Positions 48,719 to 59,849 of a stretch of DNA of 64,000 nucleotides are shown piece after piece. Location of the stretch: the NCBI GenBank assembly GCA_963665235.2, contig CAXXLX010000001.1:4300705-4364704 (forward strand). Reading direction: 5' to 3'. The notes beneath the pieces are model-generated. The model saw nothing but the letters and a program-made list of their open reading frames with translations, ran no database searches and was not told the DNA's origin. Source of the DNA: Candidatus Poribacteria bacterium. GTDB lineage: Bacteria; Poribacteria; WGA-4E; WGA-3G. The translations under genes and the position numbers were made by a program. Every line of letters starts with the position of its first letter. Position 1 is the stretch's first letter.

Positions 48719-50128
48719 ATGGGTATGATTTGGCATATTGCAAAACGTGAACTCTACGACAATCTGAATAGCCTCCGTTTCGCACTGGCAACAGTGCTGT
48801 TGTTGGCATTGATGCTGACCAACGCGCTCCTGTATCTGCGCGAACACCCGCCGCGGACACAAGCATATCATAACGCCGCTGCCGGTGCCATAAAGAGCTT
48901 AGAAGCACGTAGCACCAACTTATATCGCCTTGCAACTGAAGGCCCCGGGGACCTCCACAAGGCACCCTCACCTCTCCGTTTCTGTGCGGAAGGCGATGAG
49001 GCGTTCCTACCGACGCACGCCAGCGGAGCAAACTTTGCACGCACAATCGCCAACATGACACCTATCTGGCGGATGGGGTACCCACAAGAGACACCAAATC
49101 TCCGTAATATCCGTCCTGATTTCGCCACATTGGATTGGGCGTTCATTGTCGGTTATGTGCTGAGTTTCGTGGCAATTCTCTTTACCTTCGATTCGGTCTC
49201 TGGCGAACTACAACGCGGTACATTGCGCTTAACACTAGCAAATCCTATTCCACGGCACACAGTACTAATTGGAAAGTTCTTCGGCGCGTTCATTAGCATT
49301 AACATTCCGTTTGCCATTGCGATATTGATGAACCTACTCCTGATTGCCATTTCAGATGCGGTGCAGCTCAACGCTGAGTCTTGGGGACGTTTAGGCATCC
49401 TATATGTTGTCGCTATTCTCTATATGTGCATCTTTATGGCGTTAGGACTTCTCATTTCCGCTGTAGTACGAGAGAGCGGGGTGAGTCTCGTTGTGCTACT
49501 GTTAATCTGGGTCAGTTTTGTGGTGTTTATGCCGAATACGTTGGCATCTATCGGCAGTCGAACGTCAGTCCCGATAGCTTACGAGAAGTTTTGGACCCAG
49601 CGCATTCGGATTGCAGACGAGGCGCGCGAGGCATACCAAGATAAATATGGCGACTCACAGGTTACGCCATCAGTGCATGTCCTCGGGGAGTATGTCGCCT
49701 CAGAGGCAGAAGAATATGAACGTTTCAACGAGGCATATTTGAAGCAGCAGCTTGCACAAGGGAAACGGGCGCGTGCGATAACGCGAATCTCACCAGCAGC
49801 CATTCTCCAACACCTCTTTGAATCTTTCGCTGGAACAGGCTTTGAACGGCATCTGCAATTTATTGAGAACGCGCAGCGTTACGCCCGGGAATACCGCGAA
49901 TTCGTCGTTGATACCGATAGAGCCGATGCAGAGAGTCTTCATATTATTGGGATTCCTGAAGGGATGTCCCAGAAACCGGTCAGTCCAGAAGCAATTCCTA
50001 AATTTAAGGATACGCTCAGTCTCACCCGTGATTTCAACGCCGCGGCGTTAGATTTTCTGCTGTTGACACTGTTTCTGGTCGTGCTGTTTTCAGGAGCATA
50101 TCTCGTCTTTGTCCGCCTTGAGGTTTGA
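48719..50128 (+). CDS. ABC-2 type transporter permease (paralogue)
   Basis: FDSVSGELQRGTLRLTLANPIPR..VLIGK. Confidence 0.85.
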   Translation: MGMIWHIAKRELYDNLNSLRFALATVLLLALMLTNALLYLREHPPRTQAYHNAAAGAIKSLEARSTNLYRLATEGPGDLHKAPSPLRFCAEGDEAFLPTHASGANFARTIANMTPIWRMGYPQETPNLRNIRPDFATLDWAFIVGYVLSFVAILFTFDSVSGELQRGTLRLTLANPIPRHTVLIGKFFGAFISINIPFAIAILMNLLLIAISDAVQLNAESWGRLGILYVVAILYMCIFMALGLLISAVVRESGVSLVVLLLIWVSFVVFMPNTLASIGSRTSVPIAYEKFWTQRIRIADEAREAYQDKYGDSQVTPSVHVLGEYVASEAEEYERFNEAYLKQQLAQGKRARAITRISPAAILQHLFESFAGTGFERHLQFIENAQRYAREYREFVVDTDRADAESLHIIGIPEGMSQKPVSPEAIPKFKDTLSLTRDFNAAALDFLLLTLFLVVLFSGAYLVFVRLEV

Positions 50129-50206
50129 TGGAACATTAAATCATTGACACCCTTTTTCACCTATGCTATGTTTTAAAGCAGACTACGAACGTTCTCGGAG
50201 GCTATT

Positions 50207-51238
50207 ATGAAAGCGGCACAGTTTTACGGTGGAAAAGACATTAGAGTTGAAACAGTACCAGATCCAACCCCTGAAGCAGGACAGGTCCTCGTAGAAGTGG
50301 AAGCGGCTGGCATCTGCGGAAGCGACCTGCACGGGTATCACCATCAGCCGGCCCAACCTTTGTCCCCTCGGATTGGCGGGCACGAATTGGCAGGCAAAAT
50401 TATTGATATAGGTAAAGACGTTGCAGGCTATCAAACAGGAGCCCGCGTGGCAATCGAACCGATTAGTCCATGCAACAACTGTCCGGAATGCTACAACGGC
50501 TACTATAATATCTGCGCGAATTTACGGCACGGCGGTGGCGGATTCGCAGAATTTATGGCAGCTCGCACATCAAACGTCTATGCATTACCCGATAGCGTCA
50601 CCGTTGAGGGAGGTGCACTGGCGGAGGTCTACGCCGTAGCGGTTCACGCTGTCAACAGAGCCATGGTATCCCCCGGAGACCGTGTCGCTATCATCGGCAG
50701 CGGGCCTGTCGGTTTAACAATTGCACAGGTGGCAGATATTGCCGGGGCCACATCTATTGCCATGTTAGGAAAACCGGATGCACCGCTACACATCGCCCAG
50801 GAAGCGGTCGGTGCCGTACCTATTCATGTGGATAAGACAGATGGGACAGCGGCAGTCATGGAATGGAGTGCCGGACGCGGCGCGGATGTCGTCTTTGAAG
50901 CGGTCGGTGGTACAGCAAATACATTGGAGCAAGCGACCGCCATAGCCGCAAAACGGGGACGCGTCTGTATGGTAGGCGGGCACCGCACACCGCTCACCTT
51001 TTCCGAAAGGTACGCCCGAAGCCGAGAACTTACCATCATCTGGTCGTTCTGTTACGGACGACGCGGCGGAAAAACGGAATTCCAAATCGCCATTGACCTG
51101 CTCGCCGCCGGTAAACTTAATCCGAACCCACTGGTTACGCACCGGTTCAATTTAAACGACATTACACAAGCATTCGCCGTCGCTGCAGGCCGCGACGAAC
51201 ACGGCTCTGTCAAAGTGCTTGTAATGCCCAACAGCTAA
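50207..51238 (+). CDS. Zinc-dependent medium-chain alcohol dehydrogenase
   Basis: GICGSDLH, GHE, CNNCPECYNGYYNIC, GSGPVG. Confidence 0.92.
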   Translation: MKAAQFYGGKDIRVETVPDPTPEAGQVLVEVEAAGICGSDLHGYHHQPAQPLSPRIGGHELAGKIIDIGKDVAGYQTGARVAIEPISPCNNCPECYNGYYNICANLRHGGGGFAEFMAARTSNVYALPDSVTVEGGALAEVYAVAVHAVNRAMVSPGDRVAIIGSGPVGLTIAQVADIAGATSIAMLGKPDAPLHIAQEAVGAVPIHVDKTDGTAAVMEWSAGRGADVVFEAVGGTANTLEQATAIAAKRGRVCMVGGHRTPLTFSERYARSRELTIIWSFCYGRRGGKTEFQIAIDLLAAGKLNPNPLVTHRFNLNDITQAFAVAAGRDEHGSVKVLVMPNS

Positions 51239-51249
51239 CGGAGAAAAAA

Positions 51250-51886
51250 ATGGACGCACTTCAATTACTTATATTTGTCGGAACGGAAGGAATTTATCAC
51301 GACCACGTCGGAAACGGACAATTTCTGACAACCATGCTCAACGATACCGATGGTATTAACGCTACTTTTTCGCAGGACTACGGTGTACTTGCCGATGGAC
51401 TCGATGGGTATGACACCGTCCTCTTTTACACCGATGTCGGGGAACTCACAACTGCACAAGAGACCGGTTTGCTCAACTATATCCGAACCGGCGGCGGATT
51501 TTTCGGACTGCACACCGCAGCCGCCTCCTTTCGGGAATCTGAGGGGTACCACGGCATGCTCAACGGATTTTTCAACGGACATAGTCCGTATATGGACTTC
51601 ACCGTGACCGTGGGGCGACAACGAACACCCAATTACCGAAGGCTTAACCGATTTTGAGGTAACAGATGAACTTTACTATCTAAAACATGACCCCGCCGCA
51701 TCGCACCCGCTGATGCACGCCTATGATGAAACGAAAGAGGAGACGCATGTCATGGCGTTTCACCATATATATGGCGAGGGCAGGGTGTTCTACTTCGCCC
51801 TAGGCCACGACATGGCAGTGCTTGAGAACCCGAGTTTTCAAACGGTTATCCATCGGGGCACGTTATGGACGGGGAATCGGCTTTAG
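51250..51886 (+). CDS. ThuA domain protein, frameshifted near 51611
   Basis: GGGFFGLHTA; removing one G gives HPITEGLTDFEVTDELY...GEGRVFYFALGHD to TAG 51886. Confidence 0.8.
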
Positions 51887-51902
51887 ATAAGCCGCAAGAC
51901 GT

Positions 51903-53258
51903 TTACCAGATTTCATCGCGTTCGGGCACCTCTTCAGCGGGGTACAGTATATCTACTGCTGGACTACGCGGGTCGTTCGGTGACACACACCACGGTGAAT
52001 TCAGGACTGCCCCTTCCGGCGGTTGCATAAACGCCGGATCATTGGTTTCAGCGCGCCACTGTTCCAGTCGGTCACGCATCTCGCCTAAAACCCGTTCGTA
52101 CTTAGGATTCCTCGCGATGTTATGCGCTTCGGAGGCATCGAACACCAAATCGTATAACCGCTCCGATTGAACAGGATGGCTTCTCCAGTCGTGTTCCATC
52201 ATAAAGGTTTTGCTGATGCTATCGTCACAGTTCGCGAGAGCCCAATGTTTTGCAGTGTCGTACCGTTTGATATATTTCCACCGCTTGGTTCGGATAGCGC
52301 GCTGCGGTTCATAACAGCAGTGATAATTGACTTCGGCGAAGATGGCATCGCGAATATCGTCTGCGTCGCCACGGACAAGCGGAAGCACAGAGGTCCCTTG
52401 AAGCCACGCCGGAGGTTCAATCTCTGCCAATTCGCAGATAGTCGGAAATAGGTCAATCTGACTGACGAGTCCATCGACCACTTTTCCGCTGTCAAACCCG
52501 CCTGGGCCGCGGAGTATCAGCATCACGCCGATACCGTGGTCCGTGAGGTGACATTTCATTCGCGGAAAAGCGAGGCCGTGGTCAGTTGTGCATATCACGA
52601 GTGTGTTATCGGCGAGACCATTTTCCGCCAATGCGTCGAACACCACCCCCATTTTCTTATCAAGTGTGCGTGCTGAGTCTATGTATTCCGCCATATCCTG
52701 TCGGGTTACAGGTGTATCGGGGAACGGTTCAGGTGGTTTCACATAGCGCGGATCGGTTTTCGGTTCGCCATCTGGTGGGGGAGCGAAGCCTTTTCCCCTG
52801 CGATGCGTTTCCCCGAACGCGATATCTATGAAAAAGGGGGCATCATGTTTTTCGGCAATAAATGCCTGTGCGCGTTCTTCTGCACCAGCGTTCCGCTGCT
52901 CTTGAGATAAAATCCGCTGGTAGCCTGTCTCCTTAACATCTTGGACGACATGCTGAAATCCCGCCAAGGCGGTGACATACCCGGCACGATTCAGCGTATG
53001 TGGAATGAGATGCTCCGGCACGGGGAGGCTCCATCCACGGTTTGCTAAACCGCCCATACCGCAGCTGTGTGCCCACTGCCCAGTCAGCAGTGCTGCCCGC
53101 GAGGGAGAACAGGTCGGATTTGCACAAAAGGCGTTCCGGAACAGAACCCCCTCCTCCGCAAGTTTTTGGATGTTCGGAGTCGGAATCGCATGTCCGTAAG
53201 GTTGCACATACCGCCCCGTATCGTGTGAATGAATATAGACTATATTTGGTTTTCTCAT
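51903..53258 (-). CDS. Sulfatase (Cys-type, formylglycine-dependent)
   Basis: KPNIVYIHSHD, CSPSRAALLTG, TTDHG. Confidence 0.93.
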   Translation of the reverse strand: MRKPNIVYIHSHDTGRYVQPYGHAIPTPNIQKLAEEGVLFRNAFCANPTCSPSRAALLTGQWAHSCGMGGLANRGWSLPVPEHLIPHTLNRAGYVTALAGFQHVVQDVKETGYQRILSQEQRNAGAEERAQAFIAEKHDAPFFIDIAFGETHRRGKGFAPPPDGEPKTDPRYVKPPEPFPDTPVTRQDMAEYIDSARTLDKKMGVVFDALAENGLADNTLVICTTDHGLAFPRMKCHLTDHGIGVMLILRGPGGFDSGKVVDGLVSQIDLFPTICELAEIEPPAWLQGTSVLPLVRGDADDIRDAIFAEVNYHCCYEPQRAIRTKRWKYIKRYDTAKHWALANCDDSISKTFMMEHDWRSHPVQSERLYDLVFDASEAHNIARNPKYERVLGEMRDRLEQWRAETNDPAFMQPPEGAVLNSPWCVSPNDPRSPAVDILYPAEEVPERDEIW

Positions 53259-53426
53259 ATTTATCCTATGCTTGTGTTTAGGGATTGGTTATTGAGAATG
53301 GATGACGCTGCCTTATCTAATTGGCAACTTCAGTATATCACAAACGGTTAAGTACTGTCAAGGATTGCTGTAGAGGGGGGGTGCGTAAAGTTTTTGTACC
53401 AGGACTTACGCAAATTTGGCACATAA

Positions 53427-53797
53427 TACCATTTCTAATTGAAAATGTCTCTTTCTTGTAGCATAAACTTCAGTTTGTGCACTTTATTGTAGCATAAACT
53501 TCCAGTTTGTGCACTTTATTGTAGCATAAACTTCCAGTTTGTGCACTTTATTGTAGCATAAACTTCCAGTTTGTGCACTTTATTGTAGCATAAACTTCCA
53601 GTTTGTGCACTTTATTGTAGCATAAACTTCCAGTTTGTGCACTTTATTGTAGCATAAACTTCCAGTTTGTGCACTTTATTGTAGCATAAACTTCCAGTTT
53701 GTGCACTTTATTGTAGCATAAACTTTTAGTTTGGGTCTTCCGTTCTCCGTTTCATTTCTAACAACCGGTAATGATAGAATAATTAATAAAAATGGTA
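53427..53797 (+). mobile_element. MITE family A with nine tandem 32-bp units, TAA duplication
   Basis: gtagcataaacttccagtttgtgcactttatt x9 between the TIRs. Confidence 0.9.
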
Positions 53798-54875
53798 TAA
53801 CGTCGTAGGGGCTGGGTCCCCCAGCCCGTGCCTTTCCCGCCGCGTGTGAAAATAATTACAGGTTCTACTATAACGTACTATAGTTTGGACAATTTCTGTG
53901 AGCCTGATGCCCGATTTTCAAAGCATTTCTGATTTTTCTCTAAGTTCCTCACACAAATACAAACAGTAGAAAATAGACTCCGATGCGCCAAAGCGCGGTT
54001 TCCCCAGCGGGGCGGTATATTTATAGAAAACGCAACCACACCACAAAGTAGCCCCAGCGGGGCGGTATGTTTATAGAACGTGAGCTTGATAATAAACGTC
54101 CGTTTTCCCGAACCTCTATAAAGATATCGTCCTTAAAGAGCGGGCTGCTTGCCCGAATACTGGGACTAAGAGTTTTAGCGTTAAGGCTGCTTCTATAAAG
54201 ATATCGTCCTTAAAGAGCGGGCTGCTTGCCCGAATACTGGGACTAAGAGTTTTAGCCGTTGTATTCTATAAACATACCGCCCATACTGGGCTAAGAGGTC
54301 AAAACTTTTTTCAAACTCACGTTTTATAGAAAGAACAACACCCGAACCTACAATCACAAAACTTTGATTGTTACGCACCTTAAAAATCCGCGAAATCCGT
54401 GTCCTCCGCGCTAATCCGCGATTTGCGGCGTACTCGCCCAAATGCGACGTGCATTCTGACAAAAAAACGCACAGATGTTAACAAAAAACCTCTTCTTTCC
54501 GCGTTCTCCGCGTCCTCCGCGCCTTCCGCGATTTGCGGCGTATTCGCCCAAATGCGACGTGCATTCTGACAACACACGCGCGAAATCCATCCTTCCCCCC
54601 TTCCAATCTTCCCCCCTTCCAATCTTCCATCCTTCCAATCTTCCATCCTTCCCTCTATCATAATACAAAAACTTTACACACCCACTTTACACGGGTGTGT
54701 AAAATTTTTGTACTTAAACGTGAGTTTGAAAATAAATGTCCGTTTTCACTAATCTCTATAAATATATCGTCCCTACGGGACTAGCGGTTGTCGAAAAATC
54801 TGCTTCTATAAATATATCGTCCCTACGGGACTAGGCGGTATCGGGGCGACATGTTTAATGTGAACGCCAGACAAG

Positions 54876-55411
54876 CTAGCCCCAGCGGGGCGGTATCTTT
54901 ATAGAAAACACAACAACACAACACAAGCTAGCCCCAGCGGGGCGGTATCTTTATAGAAGCGCGAGTGCCAGACAAGCTAGCCCCAGCGGGGCGGTATCTT
55001 TATAGAAAACACAACAACACAACACAAGCTAGCCCCAGCGGGGCGGTATCTTTATAGAAGCGCGAGTGCCAGACAAGCTAGCCCCAGCGGGGCGGTATCT
55101 TTATAGAAAACACAACAACACAACACAAGCTAGCCCCAGCGGGGCGGTATCTTTATAGAAGCGCGAGTGCCAAACAAGCTAGTCCCAGCGGGGCGGTATC
55201 TTTATAGAAAACACAACAACACAACACAAGCTAGCCCCAGCGGGGCGGTATCTTTATAGAAGCGCGAGTGCCAGACAAGCTAGCCCCAGCGGGGCGGTAT
55301 CTTTATAGAAAACACAACAACACAACACAAGCTAGCCCCAGCGGGGCGGTATCTTTATAGAAGCGCGAGTGCCAAACAAGCTAGTCCCAGCGGGGCGGTA
55401 TCTTTATAGAA
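54876..55411. repeat. Eleven copies of CTAGCCCCAGCGGGGCGGTATCTTTATAGAA with two alternating linkers (101-bp higher-order repeat)
   Basis: Starts at 54876, 54928, 54977, 55029 ... 55381 (52/49-bp alternation). Confidence 0.9.
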
Positions 55412-55645
55412 AACACAACACCCTAGCTCATAATCACAAACCTTCTATTGCTACGCATCTTAAAATCCGATAAATCCGATAAATCCGCGATTCAGACAAC
55501 ACACCCGAAATTCACGCTTCCACCCTTCCCTCTATCATGGTACAAAAACTTTACATACCCAATAGGAGTGTGTAAAGTTTCTGTACAAGTTACTAAACTT
55601 TAGACAATTTTAGGGGTGCGTCCCGTCAAAGGGAAGGGTGAAAGA

Positions 55646-57239
55646 TTAGAAGGAAGGAAGCTGCACACTGACCGAAAACCGTTTGCGCCGGAGCGTGGGA
55701 TTTTGCGTCGGTTTACCAACTTGGTTAGGTATGGTTTGTCCCTGTTTCTTTAGTTCGGATCTAACCCATCTTTCCGCAAGCGCATAAACGACTAGTGAAA
55801 GGCACATCACCATCAGCAATGCCATGATGCGTTGCGGTTTTTCTAAATATAAACTATCCGCAAAAAATAAGGGGTCTTTCAAGAACCGGAAACCGCGTTC
55901 TACAGAGACGTTCTGTGCTTTATAGGCTTCAAGAAGCGTGGTATCGGAGAGGCACGTTGTGTCTAACTCATTGGTCGCTAAAACAAATCTGCCTTTGCTG
56001 CGTTTGAGTTGGTCAATCGTTTCTAAGTTCGCAACGACTTTCCCCTCAATACGATACCGAAAGTGGGTGGGTTTATCCGTTTTTTTCGGTCTTCCAGATG
56101 TTGTGTAGTGTGGCACGGAAATAATAGAGACCTTCGGCTGATGATATTTCCACGACTGCGATATTTCTGACACAGCCGTTTCAGCAGCGGAATAAGTGTC
56201 AAATGCTTTATTTCGCAAACGCTTGAAGGCTGCTTTGGCAGTTGTCTCTGCTTTGGCAATCTTCTTTTCTAAAGTCGCCACTTCACGATGATAAGCCGCC
56301 TCGGAATAAACAACTAACCATCTTTGCGGCACATCGCCATAGGTGCTATCCACTGAAAGATAACGATACCCCGATAGAGAGGCGGGCTGCATATCTTCAG
56401 TAGAGATAGTTTGATAGAGGGCTTTGACTGCTTTGAGGGTTTCAGGAACACGCGTGATAAAACGGATATCACGGAGCCTCTCAATATTTTGGGCAGAATA
56501 TAGGGCACTATCTGCTATAAAATAGGGCGGTTCACTGCCACATAACTGAGACAGGTATTCACAGATAGTGTCTGGGAAAGTCGTTTTATCAGACTGATTC
56601 CCAGATAGTGCCTTGAACCATATAGGGAATTGAGAACGATAAGAACATAGAAGATGGACAACCACTTGTTTGAGATCCGGACGCTTATCCCGACTATACC
56701 CGTGTGTAATCTGAACAGGGTGTTCCGCATTCGCTCCGTTTTCGTAGTTTCCATGAAAACTAAAAGTGGTGCTATCCAAATGAACAAAACGATGGCTTAT
56801 GTCAAATGTTGATAACGCTTTAGACGCAACTGTCGCAAATAACTCCGTTATTCCTTTCTCATAAACTGTGTCTAAAGCACGCCCCATACTATCGTCGGTG
56901 AAATCAGATGGACAGAGGTCAGAGCCGATTAAAAGATCCACAGGTTTGTTTGAAAAAAACTCAGGGGTTAAGTAAAGAGGACGGGAAACGAACCCTAAAG
57001 CATTCAAGACCATTGCTTTCACAGCTTCGCCTACTGAAACTTTTCGCTTCGTTGAACCAATAAACGCATCAATCGTGTCAACTAAACCGATACGATCACA
57101 CATACCCGCAACAATGCCTATGTGATCTAAACGTTGGGTTGAAAAAATCTGTTGAGCCATGATAACATCTCCTATTATTATGATGTTCACATTATATCAT
57201 AAATACTTAAAATCTGATTCAACAACTGCGGAATGTAGG
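55646..57239 (-). mobile_element. IS1634-family element; transposase 57160-55646, C-terminally truncated, right end missing
   Basis: DHIGIVAG, HLDSTT, GYSRDKRPDLKQ, IADSALYS, GRFVLATN, VERGFRFLK; left end CCTACATTCCGCAG at 57239; ORF runs into unrelated sequence after PTLR. Confidence 0.85.
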
Positions 57240-57242
57240 ATA

Positions 57243-57882
57243 TAACAGAAAACCAAGACATTTTTCGGAGGAAAGCGGCACGGTTTGCAACTCACCTGAC
57301 CAGACACCGATAGCGTTTGTGTCAAAAAGTGTAACATTTTCACCGGAACCGCATCAAAAGTAGGAGGCAGAACGCTAAAAAAGTCCGCAGAACTGATACC
57401 CGAAATCGGCAGTTGAAATGACACACTTCGTTTTTTATGTGTTGCGAGAAATATATGTCGAAACCGCTTTCAAAGCTATGCGTGGCATGCGTTTGTGCGA
57501 CTGCAACACCGAAAACCGAAAGTCACACTTTGTGTCAAAAAGTGTAACATTTTCACCGGCCCCGCCTCAAGAAGTAGGAGGCAGAACGGTAAGAAAAGTA
57601 GTCAGGACAGATACGTGAAATCGGCAGTTGAAATGACACACTTCGTTTTTTATGTGTTTTGAAAAAGAGAGGGCAAAACCGCTTGAAAACATAGACGTTG
57701 AGTGCGTTCAGAGGAGTTCAGGACTGAAAATCGGATGTCACACTTTGTGTCGAAAAGTGTAACATTTACCCCCGGATGGCACCAAAAAGCAGACATGTTA
57801 TCAAAAAACCGCTTTTTCCGTGTTCTCTGCGTTCTCTGTGACCTCCGCGATTCTGACAGTTGTACAAAAACTTTACGCACCC
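57243..57882. repeat. Repeat module with an internal ~210-bp tandem duplication, related to 104-560
   Basis: aagtaggaggcagaacg...gaaatgacacacttcgtttttt...cacactttgtgtc.aaaagtgtaacattt occurs twice. Confidence 0.75.
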
Positions 57883-57968
57883 GACTGTCAGAAATTGAGG
57901 ACAGTAAATAAAATTGCAGGACGAGTAGCTATTGGAAACCAATGACTACGTAAGCGGTTTGCAACTAA

Positions 57969-58148
57969 TACCATTTCTAATTGAAAATGTCTCTTTCTTG
58001 TAGCATAAACTTCCAGTTTGTGCGTTTTATCGTAGCATAAACTTCCAGTTTGTGCGTTTTATCGTAGCATAAACTTCCAGTTTGTGTCTTCCGTTCTCCG
58101 TTTCATTTCTAACAACCGGTAATGATAGAATAATTAATAAAAATGGTA
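57969..58148 (+). mobile_element. MITE family A with three units, TAA duplication
   Basis: Inserted into a ~52-bp repeat whose empty sister copy (gcaacTAAtatgataaaatcgg) lies at ~58196. Confidence 0.9.
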
Positions 58149-58361
58149 TAATATGATAAAATCGGAACTTTTTTCGAAGAAAAACCGGGCAATTTGCAAC
58201 TAATATGATAAAATCGGAACTTTTTTCGAAGAAAAACGAGGTGGTTCGCAACTAACATGGTAAAACCAGCTTCTATATCACAATTGAGGAGGATTGGGTA
58301 TTCACCGAGATATTATTGACAGCAAAAATTCCTTGCATCCGAGCGGTTTTTGTGATATTAT

Positions 58362-59770
58362 CAAATCTTCCGCTACAAAACCCCCATGCTTTAGCTGGGG
58401 GATGTAGTAGCGGCGCATGAGTTGAAATTTTAATTTGACTTTTCCTGAAAAATGGGTTATACTCTATTTAATGCCTTAGCGGAGAATCTATAGACTTCTC
58501 CGCCCCTTTTTAGAGGCAGGTAGCAACTTTTCAAGGCAGGATACCCTTAGATGTATACCACAAAATACAAACTTTTTCGTGCCCCGCGTAATCGTAATCT
58601 CAAGCGTTTAACGTGGGTGGCCCATGATGTTTGGAACTATTTTTTAGGTTGGCAGCGGACGCGCTATTCTCTTGGTCTTGCGTATATGTCGCTTCCTGAG
58701 ATGTCGCGTGCCTTTACCGTCCTTAGGAACTCACATCCTGAAGTGTTTTCGCACTGGCGTGAGTTAGACTCTTGGGCGGCGCGTGATATACTGCGGCGTT
58801 TAGACACCGGGTATCAGCGTTTTTTTAAGTGTATTGCGAAGCGTCCGCCTAAGTTTCGTTCATGGCGCAAACCGTATTCATTCACAATGTCCCCCTCTGG
58901 CTATAGTTTCTATGGTGATAGGGTCCGTATAATGGAAAAACAATATCGGTTTAATCTAAGCCGCGAGATAGTAGGTAATATTAAGACAGTCACTATCAAA
59001 GCAGATAGCGTTGGTGACTTCTATATGTGTGTTGTAACAGATGACACCGTATCTGAAATCCTACCTAAGACGGGTAGTGCTGCAGGGTATGATTTCGGTA
59101 TCAAAACGATGTTCACCTGTTCCGATGGCACAGCCTATGCGTCTCCTGAGTTCTATAAAACCTCTATGGCGGATTTGTCTGTGGCACAACGTGCCCATGC
59201 TAAGAAAGTAAAGGGTAGCAACAACTGTGAGCGTTCCCGCTTAAATGTGGCGCGCAAACACCGTAAAATCAAGAGACAACGTGAAGACCACCATTGGAAA
59301 CTCGCGAAGCGTTTTGTGCATGAACAAGATCACCTCTGTTTTGAGACGTTGACTTTTGAGGGAATGAAACGGTTGTGGGGGTGTCAAGTTTCTGATATTG
59401 CGCCCTACTCGTTTCATCAAAAGTTGCAACATCAAGCGGTCAAACACGGTAAAGAGGTTCACTATATTGACCGTTTTGAACCGACTTCTAAGACTTGTAG
59501 CCACTGTGGACAGCGAAAACAGCAGCTGGACTTGTCTGTTCGTCAATGGTGTTGTTCTACTTGCCATCAGAAACATCATCGGGACGTTAACGCTGCCATA
59601 AATATTTTAAAGGTTGGGGCGTCAACCTTTGGATTAGAGGATGTCAGTCTTGCTATTGCGAGCAGCCCTCGCAGACTTCACCCGAAGTCTATACCCCACA
59701 ATCCGCACCAGAGAGCATGGGATTCACTTTCAAAAGAATCCCCCTTGCTTTAGCTGGGGGAGTATGTCAA
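58362..59770 (+). mobile_element. IS200/IS605 family (IS1341-type, tnpB only) element, target motif TTAT
   Basis: TTAT|CAAATC, AAAA guide + CCCCC..GCTTTAGC..GGGGG hairpin at left; GAAT + same hairpin + TCAA at right. Confidence 0.9.
58551..59753 (+). CDS. tnpB: RNA-guided endonuclease TnpB
   Basis: RuvC D (GYDFGI), E (CFETL), D (RDVNAAINI); zinc finger CSHC...CSTC; PPKFR. Confidence 0.92.
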   Translation: MYTTKYKLFRAPRNRNLKRLTWVAHDVWNYFLGWQRTRYSLGLAYMSLPEMSRAFTVLRNSHPEVFSHWRELDSWAARDILRRLDTGYQRFFKCIAKRPPKFRSWRKPYSFTMSPSGYSFYGDRVRIMEKQYRFNLSREIVGNIKTVTIKADSVGDFYMCVVTDDTVSEILPKTGSAAGYDFGIKTMFTCSDGTAYASPEFYKTSMADLSVAQRAHAKKVKGSNNCERSRLNVARKHRKIKRQREDHHWKLAKRFVHEQDHLCFETLTFEGMKRLWGCQVSDIAPYSFHQKLQHQAVKHGKEVHYIDRFEPTSKTCSHCGQRKQQLDLSVRQWCCSTCHQKHHRDVNAAINILKVGASTFGLEDVSLAIASSPRRLHPKSIPHNPHQRAWDSLSKESPLL

Positions 59771-59849
59771 TAAATGCGTATGTCAACGTTTGAAGGCTGG
59801 CGAACGTTAAATGTTGCAAATTTGATCATGGTAAAGGAAGAATTAGGAA

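Noticed and set aside
53458-53735. CRISPR array
   Set aside because: 32-bp units are contiguous and near-identical with no unique spacers, and lie inside a MITE.
54876-55411. Functional CRISPR array
   Set aside because: Only two short linkers alternate, giving a 101-bp tandem repeat; no cas genes in the window.
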